Shown one piece after another: positions 36,149 through 37,720 of a stretch of 37,720 nt of DNA. The position numbers were made by a program, and so were the translations under genes. The stretch covers positions 1-37,720 of the forward strand of contig JAZDNQ010000010.1 of the NCBI GenBank assembly GCA_043799575.1. Reading direction: 5' to 3'. Within the stretch, counting starts at the first letter, position 1; the number at the start of each line of letters is the position of its first letter. The stretch comes from Patescibacteria group bacterium. GTDB taxonomy: Bacteria; Patescibacteriota; Gracilibacteria; JAHISY01. The notes beneath the pieces are model-generated. The model had not been told where the DNA came from and did no database searches. It saw only the letters and a list, made by a program, of their open reading frames with translations.

Positions 36149-37282
36149 ATGAAAATCGGGATTGATGCTCGAATGTATTCCAGCGGTTTCACAGGGATCG
36201 GCCGTTATACTTTTGAATTGATTCGCGGTCTAGCTCGACTCGATACTGAAAATGAGTTTGTCGTCTTTTTGAATCCTGAGGAATTCGAACATTTTTCCGT
36301 CCCAGCCGGAAATTTCCGCGGCGTGAAAGTCGCCGCGCCGCATTACTCGCTGGCCGAGCAGACTACTTTTTTGAAACAGCTCAATGCGGAGAAGCTGGAT
36401 TTGATGCACTTTTCGCATTTCAATGCTCCGCTTTTTTATCTGGGCAAGTCGGTCGTGACGATTCATGACCTCACCCTTTCCAAATTCCCAGGGAAGAAGA
36501 TGAATAAACTGGTTCATCGCCTGGCTTACAATCTCGTCCTGCGACGCGCGGTCAGCCACGCCCGGAAAATCATTGCCGTTTCACAGAATACAAAAAAGGA
36601 TTTGATGGAGCTGTTGAAAGTCAATTCCGAAAAAATCGAGGTGATCTGGAATGGAGTCGGCCGCGAATTCGTGCCCTCGGTCCCAACCGAGCTTTCGAAA
36701 AAACAGCTCGCCAAGAAATTTGGCATCCGGCAAAACTATCTGCTCTACACTGGAGTCTGGCGCGACCACAAAAATATTTTGGGAATGCTGGAAGCAATCG
36801 CGCAAATCGTCGAGCAACAAAAAGATTTCGAAGGTGAAATCGTGATTACCGGTCGGCCGAATAGGGTTTACGCGCCTGAAATTTTTGCCAAAGTGCGTGA
36901 ACTCGGCTTGCAAGATCGTTTCGTCTTTACTGATCTCGTCTCCGATCAGGATCTTCTGCAGCTTTATCAAAATGCGCGCGTGTTCGTTTTTCCGAGCTTT
37001 TATGAAGGTTTTGGCTTGCCGCCACTTGAGGCAATGGCTTGCGGCGTGCCAGTCGTAGCTAGCAATTCCAGCTCAATTCCTGAAATTTGCGGCGAGAAAA
37101 ACGCGCTTTTTTTCAATCCGAAAAATACTGAAAATATGTCCGCGAAAATCTGGGAAGCTTGGTCGAATGAAGCGACGCGCAAAAAATTGCGCGAACGCGG
37201 CCTCACTAGAGTGCTTGATTTCTCTTGGCGCAAGATGAGCGAAGCGACTTACGCCATCTATCGCGAAGCGCTCGGAATTTAA
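36149..37282 (+). CDS. GT4 family glycosyltransferase
   Basis: MKIGIDAR..GIGRY, VVTIHDL, FVFPSFYEGFGLPPLEAMACGVPV. Confidence 0.93.
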   Translation: MKIGIDARMYSSGFTGIGRYTFELIRGLARLDTENEFVVFLNPEEFEHFSVPAGNFRGVKVAAPHYSLAEQTTFLKQLNAEKLDLMHFSHFNAPLFYLGKSVVTIHDLTLSKFPGKKMNKLVHRLAYNLVLRRAVSHARKIIAVSQNTKKDLMELLKVNSEKIEVIWNGVGREFVPSVPTELSKKQLAKKFGIRQNYLLYTGVWRDHKNILGMLEAIAQIVEQQKDFEGEIVITGRPNRVYAPEIFAKVRELGLQDRFVFTDLVSDQDLLQLYQNARVFVFPSFYEGFGLPPLEAMACGVPVVASNSSSIPEICGEKNALFFNPKNTENMSAKIWEAWSNEATRKKLRERGLTRVLDFSWRKMSEATYAIYREALGI

Positions 37283-37309
37283 TTTCCGAATTTGCTAAAA
37301 TCCCCGCCG

Positions 37310-37720
37310 GTGCAAAAAACCGCGCTGATTTCCGTTTCCGACAAAACTGGCCTCGCCGAGTTCGCGGTCGGGCTGAAAAAACTCAAATTCGAGATTTTGT
37401 CGACGGGCGGGACTTTCGATTTTTTGCAAAAAAATAAGATACCGGCGACCCGCGTCGAGGACGTGACGGAATTTCCCGAGATTCTCGGCGGACGGGTCAA
37501 AACGCTCCATCCGAAAATTTTCGGTGGGATTCTCGCGCGGGATTCGAAAAAAGATTCGGCGGAACTCGCAAAATTCAAAATTCCGAAAATCGACCTCGTC
37601 GTCGTGAATCTTTATCCATTCGAAAAAACGATCGCGCAAAAAAATGTGAAATTTGCGGACGCGATCGAAAATATCGATATCGGCGGAGTTTCGCTGATTC
37701 GCGCCGCAGCGAAAAATTTC
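37310..37720 (+). CDS. purH: Bifunctional IMP cyclohydrolase/AICAR transformylase, N-terminal part (runs off window; not in ORF track)
   Basis: GTG start; KTALISVSDKTGL, ILSTGGT, FPEILGGRVKTLHPKIFGGILAR, VVNLYPF, IENIDIGGVSLIRAAAKNF; TGCTAAAAT 8 nt upstream. Confidence 0.95.
   Translation, partial: MQKTALISVSDKTGLAEFAVGLKKLKFEILSTGGTFDFLQKNKIPATRVEDVTEFPEILGGRVKTLHPKIFGGILARDSKKDSAELAKFKIPKIDLVVVNLYPFEKTIAQKNVKFADAIENIDIGGVSLIRAAAKNF

Noticed and set aside
130-37437. Numerous overlapping alternative-frame and antisense ORFs in the track
   Set aside because: They overlap well-supported genes and show no recognisable motifs
37279-37639. Minus-strand ORFs of 99 and 114 aa
   Set aside because: Antisense shadows of purH
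1-37720. Alternative genetic code 25 (TGA=Gly) as in some Gracilibacteria
   Set aside because: Conserved genes are full length in code 11 without internal TGA, and TGA ends genes at natural C-termini (2254, 18430, 28228)

Overview
Chromosomal window of a Patescibacteria (CPR) bacterium using standard code 11 (TGA terminates several genes). A Peregrinibacteria/Gracilibacteria-class organism is inferred from the CPR-type sigma70-r4/winged-helix protein, VirB2/TrbC-like pilins, PKD and SLH proteins, divergent S21, absence of Shine-Dalgarno sites and presence of purH. Most genes are housekeeping or transport: galU, D-2-hydroxyacid dehydrogenase, fba, AEC, MscS, lytic transglycosylase, P-type ATPase, prfA, prmC, rpsU, rnpB, MATE, nrdR, ruvB, rny, ZIP, GT4, purH and four tRNAs. 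Three things stand out. (1) A surface-appendage locus (2.3-11.5 kb) holds ten pilin-like domains, including two 4-pilin fusion proteins, plus helical Cys-paired proteins and a 6xPKD protein. Two of its proteins and an unannotated, separately promoted 44-aa microprotein share the N-terminal motif F[TS][IV]RxIxNxNPR. (2) 'Shadow' tRNA copies filled with small palindromic inserts sit directly upstream of both tRNA-Pro genes, with a weaker case at tRNA-Arg. Related palindromes and heptamer arrays occur nearby, including an in-frame insert in prmC. (3) A candidate compact 6S RNA lies upstream of rny. All calls come from reading the sequence; no searches were run.
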